Notes: generated from the sequence alone by a model not told the origin. A stretch of DNA of 64,000 nt from an uncultured Candidatus Saccharibacteria bacterium (GCA_964575755.1 CAZNRH010000002.1:70351-134350); one strand, 5' to 3'. Positions 37,493-47,742 are shown, numbered from the stretch's first letter. Program-made: numbers and translations.

Positions 37493-37960
37493 AGGATTAT
37501 ATTGTCCTTTGAAAGGGAGCACCAAAAAATGAATCGGCTTAATAGCTCGCAGAGCAGTTTGTATAAAAGTGAAAACATCACCGGCCTGATCGACGATCGC
37601 AACGGCGCCAGTCCCGGCAAATCCGCCGACCATTCAGCCATTACCGGTAAAGCTTTTTTGAACATGTCTCCCCAGGCCGCCGGCGCCGTCACGACCTGAC
37701 CGGCCGGTTACGTCAGTAGCAGTAAGATTACCGCCTAAGGATTGTCCTTTGTGCGTACAACAATCTTCTGTTGCGAAACTGAGCGTCACATGACGCTCCA
37801 CCCCCTACCGGTCACACGACCGGTGCAAGGAGCCCCCTCGGCGCTACCACGCCAACACGGCCCCAAGCCGGTCCTACGATCGGCACATGACTTAGGTCCA
37901 CCCATAAACCTGAGCCAGCCCCCCTTAGCTTCACAGCTTCGGGGGGTTTTTCTTTTTCCT
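37493..37960 (+). other. GC-rich compositional island; its left-boundary 14-nt repeat attgtcctttg recurs inside the island
   Basis: Strongly GC-rich against an AT-rich genome. The repeat aggatt(at)attgtcctttg is at 37491-37505 and 37735-37749. Small GC hairpins (ccggtcacacgaccgg, gagcgtcacatgacgctc). Ends with a cccccc...gggggg hairpin plus T-run near 37920-37955. Confidence 0.5.
37529..37699 (+). CDS. possible small ORF with host-like AT-rich 5' part and GC3-biased 3' part
   Basis: AGGGAG Shine-Dalgarno 9 nt upstream of the ATG. Third codon positions in the C-terminal half are nearly all G or C. 56 aa. Confidence 0.25.
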   Translation: MNRLNSSQSSLYKSENITGLIDDRNGASPGKSADHSAITGKAFLNMSPQAAGAVTT

Positions 37961-38293
37961 ACCTTCTCTCGAAACTACACCTACTTAACCCTTGTTAAAC
38001 TCCTAATTTTCCGATATAGTACTACAACTCATTTAGAGTATTATCAATTAACCATATGCGCGTTGCTAACCCTACTTATAGAGAACGGAGTAGGTTCAAA
38101 GATTTGCTTTTGGGTATATATTATTTGATTTTGAGCGAGACGAAGTAAAAAAGTTTGAAGCATATCAACAGATACGCTGAGAAATTTTTAACGAGTTCGT
38201 AGCCAAAATATAAGGATATAGAACCAGAATGAAATTTTTGAACATGCTTTCACTGAGTAAACAGCTAGTAGTACAACGCACATCACATACACA

Positions 38294-39496
38294 ATGTTAG
38301 GATTTGGAAAAAAGACTGACCATGAGGGGTCAGAATCAAAAAAAGATATTGAAGAAATTAAAACTGTTGTAGAAACGACACCAACTGAAGTAAAAGAAGT
38401 TAAAAAAATAAAGTCACCACTAGACACAAAGTCTAAGATGGATGACTTTTTAGAAGCGTCTGAGAACCCACCACAAATAGGTGACCTTATAGAAGGACCA
38501 GTACTTGCTATCGAACGCTCACATATCTATATCGACCTGCCTCCGTTTGGAACAGGTATTATTTATGGTCGTGAGTTTATGAACGCACGAGATATCTTAC
38601 GTAAAGTAAATGTTGGAGACAGTATCGCGGCAAAGGTTGTTGATACAGAGGGCATGGACGGATACATCGAGCTTTCACTTAAAGAAGCTAGGCAGGCACT
38701 TATCTGGGCAGAAGCGGAAGACGCAATAGCAAACAAAACAATACTAGAGCTTCCAATTAAAGACGCAAACAAAGGAGGTCTTATTATCGAATGGCAAGGA
38801 ATTCAAGGGTTCTTACCAGCTTCACAACTTAAGACTGAAAACTACCCCCGCGTTGAAGATGGAGACAAAGACCGTATCTTAGAAGAATTACGTAAACTAG
38901 TCGGAACAAAACTCGCAGTTACAGTAATCACCGCTGATCCAAAAGAAAACAAGATGATCTTCTCAGAGAAGAGCTCTAGCGAAATAGACAAGAAGGCTCT
39001 TACTGAAGAGTATAAGATTGGTGACGAGATTGAAGGAGTAATAACTGGCGCAGTCGAGTTTGGCGTATTCGTAAAACTTCGAGAAGGTCTTGAAGGGTTA
39101 GTACATATATCTGAAATAGACTGGGCACTTGTTGAAGATCCACGAACTATCTTTGAAATCGGAGAAAAGATGAAGGTGAAAGTAATAGACATAAACGAAG
39201 GTAAGATTTCACTATCCATCAAAGCGCTTAAAGATAATCCGTGGAAAGAAGCTGCTAAGAAATACAAGAAAGGAGATAGGGTTAACGGAGTCATCATCAA
39301 ATACAACAAGCACGGCGCTCTTGCCTCAATCGAGGAAGGTGTCGCAGGTCTTGTTCATATCTCTGAGTTTGAAACAGAAGAAAGCCTACACACAACTCTT
39401 GAACTAGGTAAAACATACGAGTTTACTATTACCCTCTTTGAGTCAGAGGAACAACGTATGACTCTTTCATTTAAGGATGAAAAGAAAGAAGAGTAA
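38294..39496 (+). CDS. rpsA: 30S ribosomal protein S1 (four S1 domains)
   Basis: Repeated S1 OB-fold motifs (GDLIEGPV..., GEIEGVITGAVEFGVFVKL, GDRVNGVIIKY...). Confidence 0.85.
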   Translation: MLGFGKKTDHEGSESKKDIEEIKTVVETTPTEVKEVKKIKSPLDTKSKMDDFLEASENPPQIGDLIEGPVLAIERSHIYIDLPPFGTGIIYGREFMNARDILRKVNVGDSIAAKVVDTEGMDGYIELSLKEARQALIWAEAEDAIANKTILELPIKDANKGGLIIEWQGIQGFLPASQLKTENYPRVEDGDKDRILEELRKLVGTKLAVTVITADPKENKMIFSEKSSSEIDKKALTEEYKIGDEIEGVITGAVEFGVFVKLREGLEGLVHISEIDWALVEDPRTIFEIGEKMKVKVIDINEGKISLSIKALKDNPWKEAAKKYKKGDRVNGVIIKYNKHGALASIEEGVAGLVHISEFETEESLHTTLELGKTYEFTITLFESEEQRMTLSFKDEKKEE

Positions 39497-39617
39497 TAAC
39501 CTATAAAATATTAAGCGTCCCAACTAGTGAAAAGTAAAACTTGTGGTTAAAGATGAGAATAGAGTAAATTAGACAAATGTTATTGCGGTTTTATCTTATC
39601 TCGGTTATATTTGATGT

Positions 39618-39959
39618 ATGAATACACCTAAAAAAGGTAAGTATAGATGGTTAATTTTTAAAGACGGCAAAGATTGGCTTGGCGTGGTTTTGGAATTTAA
39701 CATCGTTATCTCTGGTTCGGATCCACAGGTTGTTGAAGTTGAACTGCAAGAAGCTGCGGTCGGGCACATTGAATCCGCTAAAAAATTAAAGGGTTTTAGA
39801 TCTACTCAAGTAAATAATATCCTTAACCAAGTCTCTGAAGATGAGTTCGAAGGACTTTGGTCTCACACAATGACCCAAAAATCCAGCGAAAATATTCTGT
39901 CTCCATTCTCTAGAAAAGATGTCTACAAAGCTGGTGTAGCAGACCTTAGCTTTGCTTAG
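39618..39959 (+). CDS. hicB: HicB-like antitoxin (UPF0150 / RNase H-like fold)
   Basis: YRWLIFKDGKDWLGVVLEFNIVISGSDPQVVEVELQEAAVGHIE matches the HicB N-domain pattern. Sits 3 nt upstream of hicA. Confidence 0.5.
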   Translation: MNTPKKGKYRWLIFKDGKDWLGVVLEFNIVISGSDPQVVEVELQEAAVGHIESAKKLKGFRSTQVNNILNQVSEDEFEGLWSHTMTQKSSENILSPFSRKDVYKAGVADLSFA

Positions 39960-39962
39960 TCT

Positions 39963-40196
39963 ATGTCTCGTAATAAATCTAATTGGACATTTAGAGAAGT
40001 ACGAAAATTTTTAACTAAACACGGATTCATACTTCACCATGTTCGAGGAAGCCACCATTTCTTTAGAGGATCCCAATCAGGCGAAATTCGTATGGTTCAT
40101 TGTCAATTTCACGGAAAAGATTCTATCCATCCTAAAACATTAAATTCTGTTATTAAACAATCCGGAATTTCAGAAGAAGAGTGGTTAAATAGATAA
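39963..40196 (+). CDS. hicA: HicA-family mRNA interferase toxin
   Basis: LTKHGFILHHVRGSHHFF...IKQSGI shows the YcfA/HicA dsRBD-like signature. Confidence 0.65.
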   Translation: MSRNKSNWTFREVRKFLTKHGFILHHVRGSHHFFRGSQSGEIRMVHCQFHGKDSIHPKTLNSVIKQSGISEEEWLNR

Positions 40197-40250
40197 ATCT
40201 TTATCATTACCGTCGAAATTAAAAACAACGCTCAAAACTGAGTGTTGTTT

Positions 40251-40853
40251 TTAATTGTGAGTATTCATGGCGGACACCCTCCCCTCTTCTATAATTGTTT
40301 CTAGTATTTTATTAATAGTATGGGCAATCTTAGGAATAGTTTCCATTTCTTTCTTTCTATAATCCCCTAGTAAGAAATCGAGGACTTTCTTCTCACCCTT
40401 AGGCTTTCGTAATTTACCGCTTGGAGTTGTTGGCGCGACTCCAACCCGTATCCGTATAAAATCTTTTGTTTTTATTGCGCGGATGACTGACTCCAATCCA
40501 TTATGTCCTCCACTCCCTCTACTAAATGCAATCTTTGTACTACCAAACGGCAAATCAATATCGTCGTAAATCACAACAAGTTTCTCTGCCTTTTTTTTAC
40601 TAGTTACTAAAGCTTTAAGAGTAACGCCTGATTTATTCATAAACAGCTCTGGAAGTACAAGAGTCACTGAGTGCTTACCTATTTTACCTTTTGATACTAA
40701 GTATGATTTTTTCTTTGTATCTTTTGAATTTACTTCCCAATCTGAAAAACCATTTTTTTTAGCAAACTTCTCAACCAAAATACGTCCAGTATTGTGTCGA
40801 GACATTTCATATTCTTCTCCAGGATTTCCTAGACCTACAATTATGTATGACAT
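40251..40853 (-). CDS. pth: peptidyl-tRNA hydrolase
   Basis: IVGLGNPGEEY...HNTG N-terminal signature. Confidence 0.9.
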   Translation of the reverse strand: MSYIIVGLGNPGEEYEMSRHNTGRILVEKFAKKNGFSDWEVNSKDTKKKSYLVSKGKIGKHSVTLVLPELFMNKSGVTLKALVTSKKKAEKLVVIYDDIDLPFGSTKIAFSRGSGGHNGLESVIRAIKTKDFIRIRVGVAPTTPSGKLRKPKGEKKVLDFLLGDYRKKEMETIPKIAHTINKILETIIEEGRVSAMNTHN

Positions 40854-41040
40854 TACTCAGAATAATATCACGAAGTGCGAGATTTTATACCAAACCTTAA
40901 CAACACGAAATCAATTATTGTGTCAAACGATTCTTTGTAATACAATAGCTTCATCATGTTCATTAATATTGTGTTTAAAAAATATTTGTACGAGCCTAGC
41001 TTATTGTTATCAGATAACTACCTAGTACTTTAAAAACACA

Positions 41041-41736
41041 ATGATTGAACCCAACAAAAACAACCCAAATGCAGAAGATAATCTAGCAATATCAAGTGCT
41101 CGTTCTAATAACACTGAGAAAGACGCTGTAATTGTTGAGTCTCATTCAAAAGAAAAAAGCTCCCCCACACCACCAGGCATGCATGGTGATCAGCAAGAAA
41201 AGAGTGAGAACTTTGGTCTTGAAATACTTAAGATAGTTGTCCTAGCGATTATTATAGTTACTCCTGTGCGCTTATTTATAGCCCAGCCATTTATTGTTGA
41301 GGGAGCATCAATGGATTACACATTTGCGAGTGGTGAGTATCTTATTGTAGACCAGTTAAGTTATCGGTTTACTGAACCTGAACGTAATGATGTTATTGTA
41401 TTTCGCTTTCCACTAGAACCTTCTAAGTTTTTCATTAAAAGAATTATTGGATTACCGAATGATAAAATAGTTATGCAGGGAAACACAACGACGATTATCA
41501 ATGAAGAAAATCCAGAAGGCTTTATCATAGACGAAAGCTATCTGTCTCCCGAAAATGTCGAACACAGCCCTTTCACTATCACACTCGAAGATGATGAATA
41601 TTTCGTATTGGGTGACAACAGGAGGAAAAGCTACGACTCTAGAGCATGGGGTACACTCGATAGAGACAGTATCACTGGGCGAGTGTTTATCAGACTATTC
41701 CCTATTACCAAGCTAAACCTATTCCCAGGTAAATAA
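41041..41736 (+). CDS. lepB: signal peptidase I
   Basis: Box B GASMDYTF. Box D RIIGLPNDKI. Box E YFVLGDNRRKSYDSRAWG. Confidence 0.85.
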   Translation: MIEPNKNNPNAEDNLAISSARSNNTEKDAVIVESHSKEKSSPTPPGMHGDQQEKSENFGLEILKIVVLAIIIVTPVRLFIAQPFIVEGASMDYTFASGEYLIVDQLSYRFTEPERNDVIVFRFPLEPSKFFIKRIIGLPNDKIVMQGNTTTIINEENPEGFIIDESYLSPENVEHSPFTITLEDDEYFVLGDNRRKSYDSRAWGTLDRDSITGRVFIRLFPITKLNLFPGK

Positions 41737-41740
41737 AAAT

Positions 41741-42910
41741 ATGATACCAACTGCACAAACATCACATAAAACTACTGACAAGGCTATTAAAAATGCTACG
41801 GGTATAGCTGAGTACTATGGCTTCTTACCAACAGACCTGATCATGCCAGAGTATAACACCAAGAAGCGTTCTAAACTACCTCAACATACAAGCTATTCAA
41901 ATACTTTTGATAACGATTTAGCTTCTATCATACGTTCACATATTGAACACGGCCATACTAAACTTACGCAACCAACTCTTTTACATAACATCAACACTAA
42001 TCCTAAAGACTCAAATAAGGTTAATTTTGAGCTTCACATACTTGGCACATCGAGCAGTATCGCAGAAGCTACACTTATAAAGACAGCTCTTTCAATACTA
42101 GAGGACCTTGGTATATCTAATCACCGTGTATATATAAACAGTATCGGCGACAGAGATTCGACCACACGATTTACAAAAGAGCTTACTGACTACCTACGTA
42201 AAAACATGGGTGAAATGCCGTCTAGCTCGCGACAGGCAATGAAAAAAGATACCTTTACTGCATATGGCCAACTTCTTAAGAAAGGGCATGAACTATGCTC
42301 TAGCGCACCAAGTACTGTTGAGTTTCTTACCGAGGCAAGTCGGGCACATCTACAAGAAGTACTCGAATATCTAGAGATAACTGAAGTTGATTATGAACTT
42401 GACCCATCTATTATTGGACACTGTGACTGTTATTCAAAAACTATGTTCGAGATACGTGGAGTGCCAGACAACGAAGAAGACGAATTTATAGTATTTGCTC
42501 GTGGAGGCAGATATGACGAACTGTCTAAAAAAGCTTTCCGTAGGAGTGTCCCAGCCACAAGTATCGTATTTGAATATGAGAAAAAGGGACGTGTGTTGAA
42601 AACACCTAAAGCACCTAAAAATAAAAAACCAAAGTTTTACTTCATCCAGTTAGGCTCAGAAGCACAAATAAGAAGCTTCGCAGTTGTTGAAATGCTCCGT
42701 AAAACGAAGATGCCAATATATCAATCTCTGGGCAGAGACCAGTTGTCATCACAGCTTGAACTCGCTGGTGAGCTTGCGATACCCTACTGCATCATTATGG
42801 GACACAAAGAAGCTCTCGAAGGTACTGTTATTGTGCGTAATATAGATACAAGAGCACAAAATATAATCCCCTTGGAAGAACTCCCTAAATACCTTAAAAC
42901 AATCAAGTAA
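41741..42910 (+). CDS. histidyl-tRNA synthetase-like class II aaRS paralog (divergent catalytic motifs)
   Basis: GGRYD motif-3 signature and a C-terminal anticodon-binding-like domain. The N-terminal motifs are degenerate. Confidence 0.5.
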   Translation: MIPTAQTSHKTTDKAIKNATGIAEYYGFLPTDLIMPEYNTKKRSKLPQHTSYSNTFDNDLASIIRSHIEHGHTKLTQPTLLHNINTNPKDSNKVNFELHILGTSSSIAEATLIKTALSILEDLGISNHRVYINSIGDRDSTTRFTKELTDYLRKNMGEMPSSSRQAMKKDTFTAYGQLLKKGHELCSSAPSTVEFLTEASRAHLQEVLEYLEITEVDYELDPSIIGHCDCYSKTMFEIRGVPDNEEDEFIVFARGGRYDELSKKAFRRSVPATSIVFEYEKKGRVLKTPKAPKNKKPKFYFIQLGSEAQIRSFAVVEMLRKTKMPIYQSLGRDQLSSQLELAGELAIPYCIIMGHKEALEGTVIVRNIDTRAQNIIPLEELPKYLKTIK

Positions 42911-42965
42911 TTAACGCTTTTACTGGCTTGATAACTTTTAACTCACATGTTACAGTACTCTGACA

Positions 42966-43214
42966 ATGATTAATGTAGAAGTAACAAAAAACAATAACGA
43001 AAACACCACAAGCCTCATCCGTCGCTTCACTAAGCGAGTGCAAGGTTCTGGTGTCTTACCAAAGGTTCGTAAAATACGCTATGCTCAGAGGAAACCTTCT
43101 GATTTTAAAAAGAAAGAAGGAACACTACGAAAGATCGAACGTAAGGCAAAATTTGAAGAACTATACAAACAAGGAAAGGTAGAACTACGAAGAGGTCGTG
43201 GACGAAAGCGCTAA
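42966..43214 (+). CDS. rpsU: 30S ribosomal protein S21
   Basis: Basic S21 pattern ...RYAQRKPSDFKKKEGTLRKIERKAK... Confidence 0.8.
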   Translation: MINVEVTKNNNENTTSLIRRFTKRVQGSGVLPKVRKIRYAQRKPSDFKKKEGTLRKIERKAKFEELYKQGKVELRRGRGRKR

Positions 43215-43223
43215 ACCATACCA

Positions 43224-43610
43224 ATGAAAAATTCTAATTTTTCAATAACTAAGACAGTTAAAGGCAAGCTTCCAAGCTTGCCTTTTGCTGATATGAAAGA
43301 CTCTGTTTTAGGGAAAGACTATGAGTTAAGCCTTGTATTTATTGGTGACAAACGCTCTCAAACACTAAACAAAAAATACCGAAACAAAGACTACGTGCCA
43401 GATATTCTTTCATTTCCCTATGATAAAAAAGAAGGAGAAATTTTCATAAACCCAAACAAAGCGCGAAAGCGCGCTAAAGATTTCGACATGACTGAGAAAA
43501 GATTTATAGGATATTTGTTTATCCACGGATTGCTTCATTTGAAAGGACTCCGTCATGGTAGTACAATGGATAAAACGGAGCTTGCGTATTTACAACGTTT
43601 TCACACTTAA
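43224..43610 (+). CDS. ybeY: rRNA maturation endoribonuclease YbeY
   Basis: HGLLHLKGLRHG matches the HxxxHxxxxxH zinc motif. Follows rpsU. Confidence 0.65.
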   Translation: MKNSNFSITKTVKGKLPSLPFADMKDSVLGKDYELSLVFIGDKRSQTLNKKYRNKDYVPDILSFPYDKKEGEIFINPNKARKRAKDFDMTEKRFIGYLFIHGLLHLKGLRHGSTMDKTELAYLQRFHT

Positions 43611-43710
43611 CGTTTTAATTAACATTTGTTAATTATATCCTTCACTGGCTTGCTCTACTTTTCAAGAAATAGAGCCTTTTTTATTATAGAGACGAGAAAT
43701 CAATATATTT

Positions 43711-44877
43711 ATGTCACGAAACATCATCACAGGTATAGACATCGGAACCTATCAGGTGAAGATTATCATTGCTGAATACAGTAAGGATAATCAGCTACCT
43801 CGTATTATAGGCACTGGATTTGCTGAATCAAAAGGCCTTCGACATGGATATATAATCAATTCTAACGATATTGTGAAAAGTATTCACAGTGCAGTAGAGC
43901 AAGCAGAGAAGAAAGCACGAGTACACATAAAGCACGCTTATCTTTCAATAGGAGGTATCGGACTTGAAGAAATTAAATCAAAAGGAGAGATAGTCATAAC
44001 GCGAGCAGACGGTGAGATTACAGACCTTGATATAAAGAAGGCGTTGGAAGTGAGTGAAGACAAAATCTCTCCCAAAATAGCTAATAGGAAAATAATCCAT
44101 GCTATACCGGTGAAGTTTAAAATAGACGGAGAGACAGTACTCGGGCGCCCTGTTGGCATGAATGGTTCACAGCTAGAAGTAGAGACCCTCTTCATAACTT
44201 GCCTTGAGCAACACCTTAATGATCTTATACAGGCAGTTGAAGACGCTGGTGTTGAAGTAGACGACGTAATGGCTTCCCCTATCGCGGCAAGCCTTGTCAC
44301 TTTGACAAAAACACAAAAGATAGCAGGTTGTGTCTTAGCAAACATTGGTTCTGAGACAGTCTCTATTGTGGTGTTTGAAGATAACATCCCTATCTCACTT
44401 AAAGTATTTCCTATCGGCTCAACAGACATAACGAACGATATCGCACTCGGACTTAAGGTATCTCTTGAGGAAGCAGAACAAATAAAAAAAGGTGCCATAA
44501 CAGGAGCCGACTATCCTAAAAAGAAACTTGATGAAATAATTGTTGCACGACTTTCTGATATCTTTGAACTTATCGAAAACCATCTCAAGAAAATTGGTAA
44601 AAACGGACTGCTTCCAGCTGGCATAATAATGACAGGTGGCGGTTCGGGTATTACAACCATAGAAGACTTAGCGCGCGCAGCATTAAAACTCCCATCCAAG
44701 CTAGCGGACCCACACTTTGGAGAGAACGCAAAAATAAAAGACGCCTCTTGGGCAGTGTCATATGGGCTTTGTATTTGGGGACTAACAGCTGATAAAAGCG
44801 ACGGCCCTATTGGAATAGATCTCGCCCGAAAGACTGGTAACAACCTCCTTTACTGGGTTAAGCAATTTCTACCTTAA
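43711..44877 (+). CDS. ftsA: cell division protein FtsA
   Basis: Actin-like ATPase start ITGIDIGTYQVKIII and the conserved ftsA-ftsZ order. Confidence 0.85.
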   Translation: MSRNIITGIDIGTYQVKIIIAEYSKDNQLPRIIGTGFAESKGLRHGYIINSNDIVKSIHSAVEQAEKKARVHIKHAYLSIGGIGLEEIKSKGEIVITRADGEITDLDIKKALEVSEDKISPKIANRKIIHAIPVKFKIDGETVLGRPVGMNGSQLEVETLFITCLEQHLNDLIQAVEDAGVEVDDVMASPIAASLVTLTKTQKIAGCVLANIGSETVSIVVFEDNIPISLKVFPIGSTDITNDIALGLKVSLEEAEQIKKGAITGADYPKKKLDEIIVARLSDIFELIENHLKKIGKNGLLPAGIIMTGGGSGITTIEDLARAALKLPSKLADPHFGENAKIKDASWAVSYGLCIWGLTADKSDGPIGIDLARKTGNNLLYWVKQFLP

Positions 44878-45027
44878 AGCGTAAGCAAGATGTGTATTTT
44901 ACATACTCTTCATTTAAGCCCGTAACAAAGCCGTCAATACCAGAACAAAACAAAAAAATGTCAACGGGTTCACTTTTTTCTTTTGTCTGTGTATGATTGT
45001 GCTACTTTATATACTTAAGGAGAATAT

Positions 45028-45148
45028 GAATCCCGTTAGAGACCGCGGTCGCGAAACAGGAAAAAATAGTTATGAGTAATAGTCGAATTTATATTTATAA
45101 AACATTAACAACACAGGCAGCGAAAACCGCGACCTGTCTCTAAACGGG
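45028..45148 (+). repeat. start-codon-abutting inverted-repeat element (copy upstream of ftsZ) with a 23-aa micro-ORF
   Basis: 5' motif atatgaatcccgttagagaccgcggtcgcg. 3' arm cgcgacctgtctctaaacggg is immediately followed by the ftsZ ATG. Micro-[26 protein letters not shown] spans 45072-45143. Its TAA stop ends 5 nt before the ftsZ ATG. Confidence 0.7.
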
Positions 45149-46342
45149 ATGAAAAAAATACAACCAGACGTTGAAGCATTTGCACGAATACGAGTAGTTG
45201 GAGTAGGAGGTTCAGGAAACAACGCTGTTAATCACATGATTAACACGAAAGTAACCGGTGTCGATTTTGTATCAATAAACACTGACGCACAAGCACTACA
45301 TGGCTCAACCGCAAAGAAGAAGATTCACATCGGTAAAAATCTTACACGAGGTCTTGGAACAGGCATGAACCCAGAAATGGGAAAGCAGGCAGCAGAAGAA
45401 ACGAAAGAAGAAATCCAAGAAGCTGTTAAAGGTTCTGACATGGTTTTCGTAACCTATGGAGCTGGTGGAGGAACTGGTACAGGAGCAGCTCCTGTGGTAG
45501 CTAAGATAGCGCGAGATTCAGGAGCACTGACCGTAGCTGTTGTTACTAAGCCTTTTTCTTTTGAAGGACAACAGAGAATGCGCTTAGCAGAACTTGGACT
45601 TGAAGAAATCAAAAAAGAAGTAGATGCGCTTATAGTTATCCCTAACGACCGACTACTTGCTGTTGTACAGCGTGAGACCTCTGTCAAAAATGCATTTGCA
45701 ATGTGTGACGACATACTAAAGCAAGCTGTTGAAGGTATTTCAGACCTTATTACCATGCCAGGAATAATTAATGTCGACTTCGCAGACGTTCGCGCTGTTA
45801 TGGACAATGCTGGTTCGGCTCTTATGGGTATCGGAACAGCTACAGGTGAGAAACGAACTGAAGATGCTGCTAAAGCAGCTATCAGCTCACCTCTTCTTGA
45901 AGTTTCAATAGCAGGAGCTAAAGGAGTATTGTTCTCAGTTGCAGGTGGTGATGACCTCTCAATGCTTGAAATTCAAGACGCAGCTAAGGTAATTACAGAA
46001 TCAATTGATCCAAACGCAAAGGTTATCTTTGGAACAGTACAAGATGACAAACTTAAGAAGAATGAAGTAAAGGTGACCGTTATCGCAACAGGATTCCCTG
46101 AAAATTCAATGCCGTCAGGAAAAAGCTCTTCCCTATTCCAGCTTCCAAAGAAGGATGCAGAAAAAACAGAAGAAAAAAAAGAAAGTAAAATTTATAATTC
46201 AGTAGCAAAGTTAACAAACGACCCTAAAAAAACAGACAAGAAAGATGATGCAAAGAAAGACGGAGATGTAAAAAAAGATGATACAGATGATGACGACTGG
46301 GGCGCAGTTCCAGCATTTTTGCGACGGTCGAAGTTAAAGTAA
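45149..46342 (+). CDS. ftsZ: cell division GTPase FtsZ
   Basis: [10 protein letters not shown] tubulin signature. Acidic linker. C-terminal AVPAFLRR peptide. Confidence 0.95.
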   Translation: MKKIQPDVEAFARIRVVGVGGSGNNAVNHMINTKVTGVDFVSINTDAQALHGSTAKKKIHIGKNLTRGLGTGMNPEMGKQAAEETKEEIQEAVKGSDMVFVTYGAGGGTGTGAAPVVAKIARDSGALTVAVVTKPFSFEGQQRMRLAELGLEEIKKEVDALIVIPNDRLLAVVQRETSVKNAFAMCDDILKQAVEGISDLITMPGIINVDFADVRAVMDNAGSALMGIGTATGEKRTEDAAKAAISSPLLEVSIAGAKGVLFSVAGGDDLSMLEIQDAAKVITESIDPNAKVIFGTVQDDKLKKNEVKVTVIATGFPENSMPSGKSSSLFQLPKKDAEKTEEKKESKIYNSVAKLTNDPKKTDKKDDAKKDGDVKKDDTDDDDWGAVPAFLRRSKLK

Positions 46343-46390
46343 ACTTCGATTCGCAAAAATGCGAACTGCGCCCCAGTGGGGCACAAAAAT

Positions 46391-46428
46391 GTAAAAAAAT
46401 GAAGCCAATGCTTCATTTTTTTACATTT
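46391..46428 (+). terminator. rho-independent terminator of ftsZ
   Basis: Stem gtaaaaaaatgaagc/cttcatttttttac followed by atttttg. Confidence 0.65.
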
Positions 46429-46432
46429 TTGT

Positions 46433-46532
46433 GAGACGGAGCGATGTTTTGTTTTCCATTTTTACTAGAAAACAAAACCGCGAGTCCGGAGAGGAAGTTC
46501 TTAACAAGCGTAGCGAGTTTAGAAACTTGACC
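46433..46532 (+). repeat. GAGACGGAGC-motif element X3 (homolog of X1), bracketed by two terminators
   Basis: gagacggagcgatgttttgttttcc...aaaacaaaaccgcgagtcc...caagcgtagcgagtttagaaacttgacc shares blocks with 27797-27973. Confidence 0.55.
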
Positions 46533-46560
46533 TCAGTTCCAGCTTTCCTACATTGTAAGC

Positions 46561-46592
46561 AAAAAACACCTCACTTTGTGAGGTGTTTTTGT
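46561..46592 (+). terminator. rho-independent terminator
   Basis: Stem aaaaaacacctca/tgaggtgttttt. Confidence 0.6.
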
Positions 46593-46650
46593 GTTATTAT
46601 ATATTTTACTTACATTCGTAATTCATTATTCTTAATTCATAATTCTTAAC

Positions 46651-47694
46651 ATGTACGATTTAGCAATTATTGGAGGAGGACCAGGAGGAACAGCAGCAGG
46701 AGTATACGCTTCTCGTAAACACCTTAAAACAGTATTTATAACCAAAGAATGGGGTGGACAAAGTGTCGTATCAACTGATATACAAAACTGGATAGGTACC
46801 ACTTCTATCTCAGGAACAGACCTCGCAAAGAACCTCCAAACTCACCTAGAAACATACGCGAACGAAATAGTAGACATAGTTTCAAACACGTGTGTGACGT
46901 CCGTAGAGAAAATCGACGGAGGTTACAAAGTATCTCTCGATAATAACGAATCACACGAAGCAAAGACACTCCTCGTAACAGCAGGGGCCCATAGACGCAA
47001 GCTAAAAGTGCTAGGAGCAAAAGAGTTTGACCAAAAAGGTCTCACTTATTGTGCGTCTTGCGATGGCCCCCTGTTTTCTGGACAAGATGTGGTAGTTATA
47101 GGAGGAGGGAACGCAGGCTTTGAGACTGCAGCACAGCTTCTCGCTTATGCTAAGAGTGTCACCTTACTCAACAGAAGTGATGCCTTTAAAGCAGACCCAG
47201 TGACAGTAAAGAAAGTGCTCGCTAATGAAAAAATGACCGCTCTCTTAAACGCTGACATTTCAGAAGTAGTCGGTGACAAGTTCGTAACAGCAGTTAAATA
47301 TAAAGACACGAAGACAAGTGAAGAAAAAGAGTTATTAGTCACAGGAGTATTTGTAGAGATAGGGCTAGTACCAAACACCGATTTCCTTGGAGGCCTCGTA
47401 GAGCTCGACAATATCAAACGCATTAAGGTAGACCCAAAGACACAAAAAACCATCCTTACAAACCAAACACTAAAAATGACGTCAGGTGCAAGGCATGGAG
47501 AAAGCGAGGGCGGAGACGAAGCTGGTGCTTCGGCGACTGAGGAGCAGAGGCTCCATAACGAAGCAGATGATGTTATTTCTGGTATTTGGGCTGCTGGAGA
47601 TTGTGCAGATGGTTTATACCAGCAAAACAATATCGCCGTCGGCGACTCTATTAAGGCTTTAGAAGACATCTACAACCACCTTCATACTAAGTAA
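46651..47694 (+). CDS. trxB: thioredoxin-disulfide reductase (with a ~30-aa GC-rich internal insertion)
   Basis: FAD motif IIGGGPGGTAAG. Redox-active CASCDG. NAD(P) motif VVIGGGNAGFETA. Confidence 0.85.
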   Translation: MYDLAIIGGGPGGTAAGVYASRKHLKTVFITKEWGGQSVVSTDIQNWIGTTSISGTDLAKNLQTHLETYANEIVDIVSNTCVTSVEKIDGGYKVSLDNNESHEAKTLLVTAGAHRRKLKVLGAKEFDQKGLTYCASCDGPLFSGQDVVVIGGGNAGFETAAQLLAYAKSVTLLNRSDAFKADPVTVKKVLANEKMTALLNADISEVVGDKFVTAVKYKDTKTSEEKELLVTGVFVEIGLVPNTDFLGGLVELDNIKRIKVDPKTQKTILTNQTLKMTSGARHGESEGGDEAGASATEEQRLHNEADDVISGIWAAGDCADGLYQQNNIAVGDSIKALEDIYNHLHTK

Positions 47695-47707
47695 GTTTAA
47701 AATACCA

Positions 47708-47742
47708 AAAAGCCCACAATTCTTGTAGAATTGTGGGCTTTT
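47708..47742. terminator. bidirectional terminator between trxB and the MFS gene
   Basis: Stem aaaagcccacaattc/aattgtgggctttt. Confidence 0.65.

Noticed and set aside
37742-38128. 128-aa plus-strand ORF starting at the second copy of the ttgtcctttg repeat
   Set aside because: Proline-rich, runs from the GC-rich island into AT-rich spacer, with no Shine-Dalgarno or motifs. More likely non-coding.
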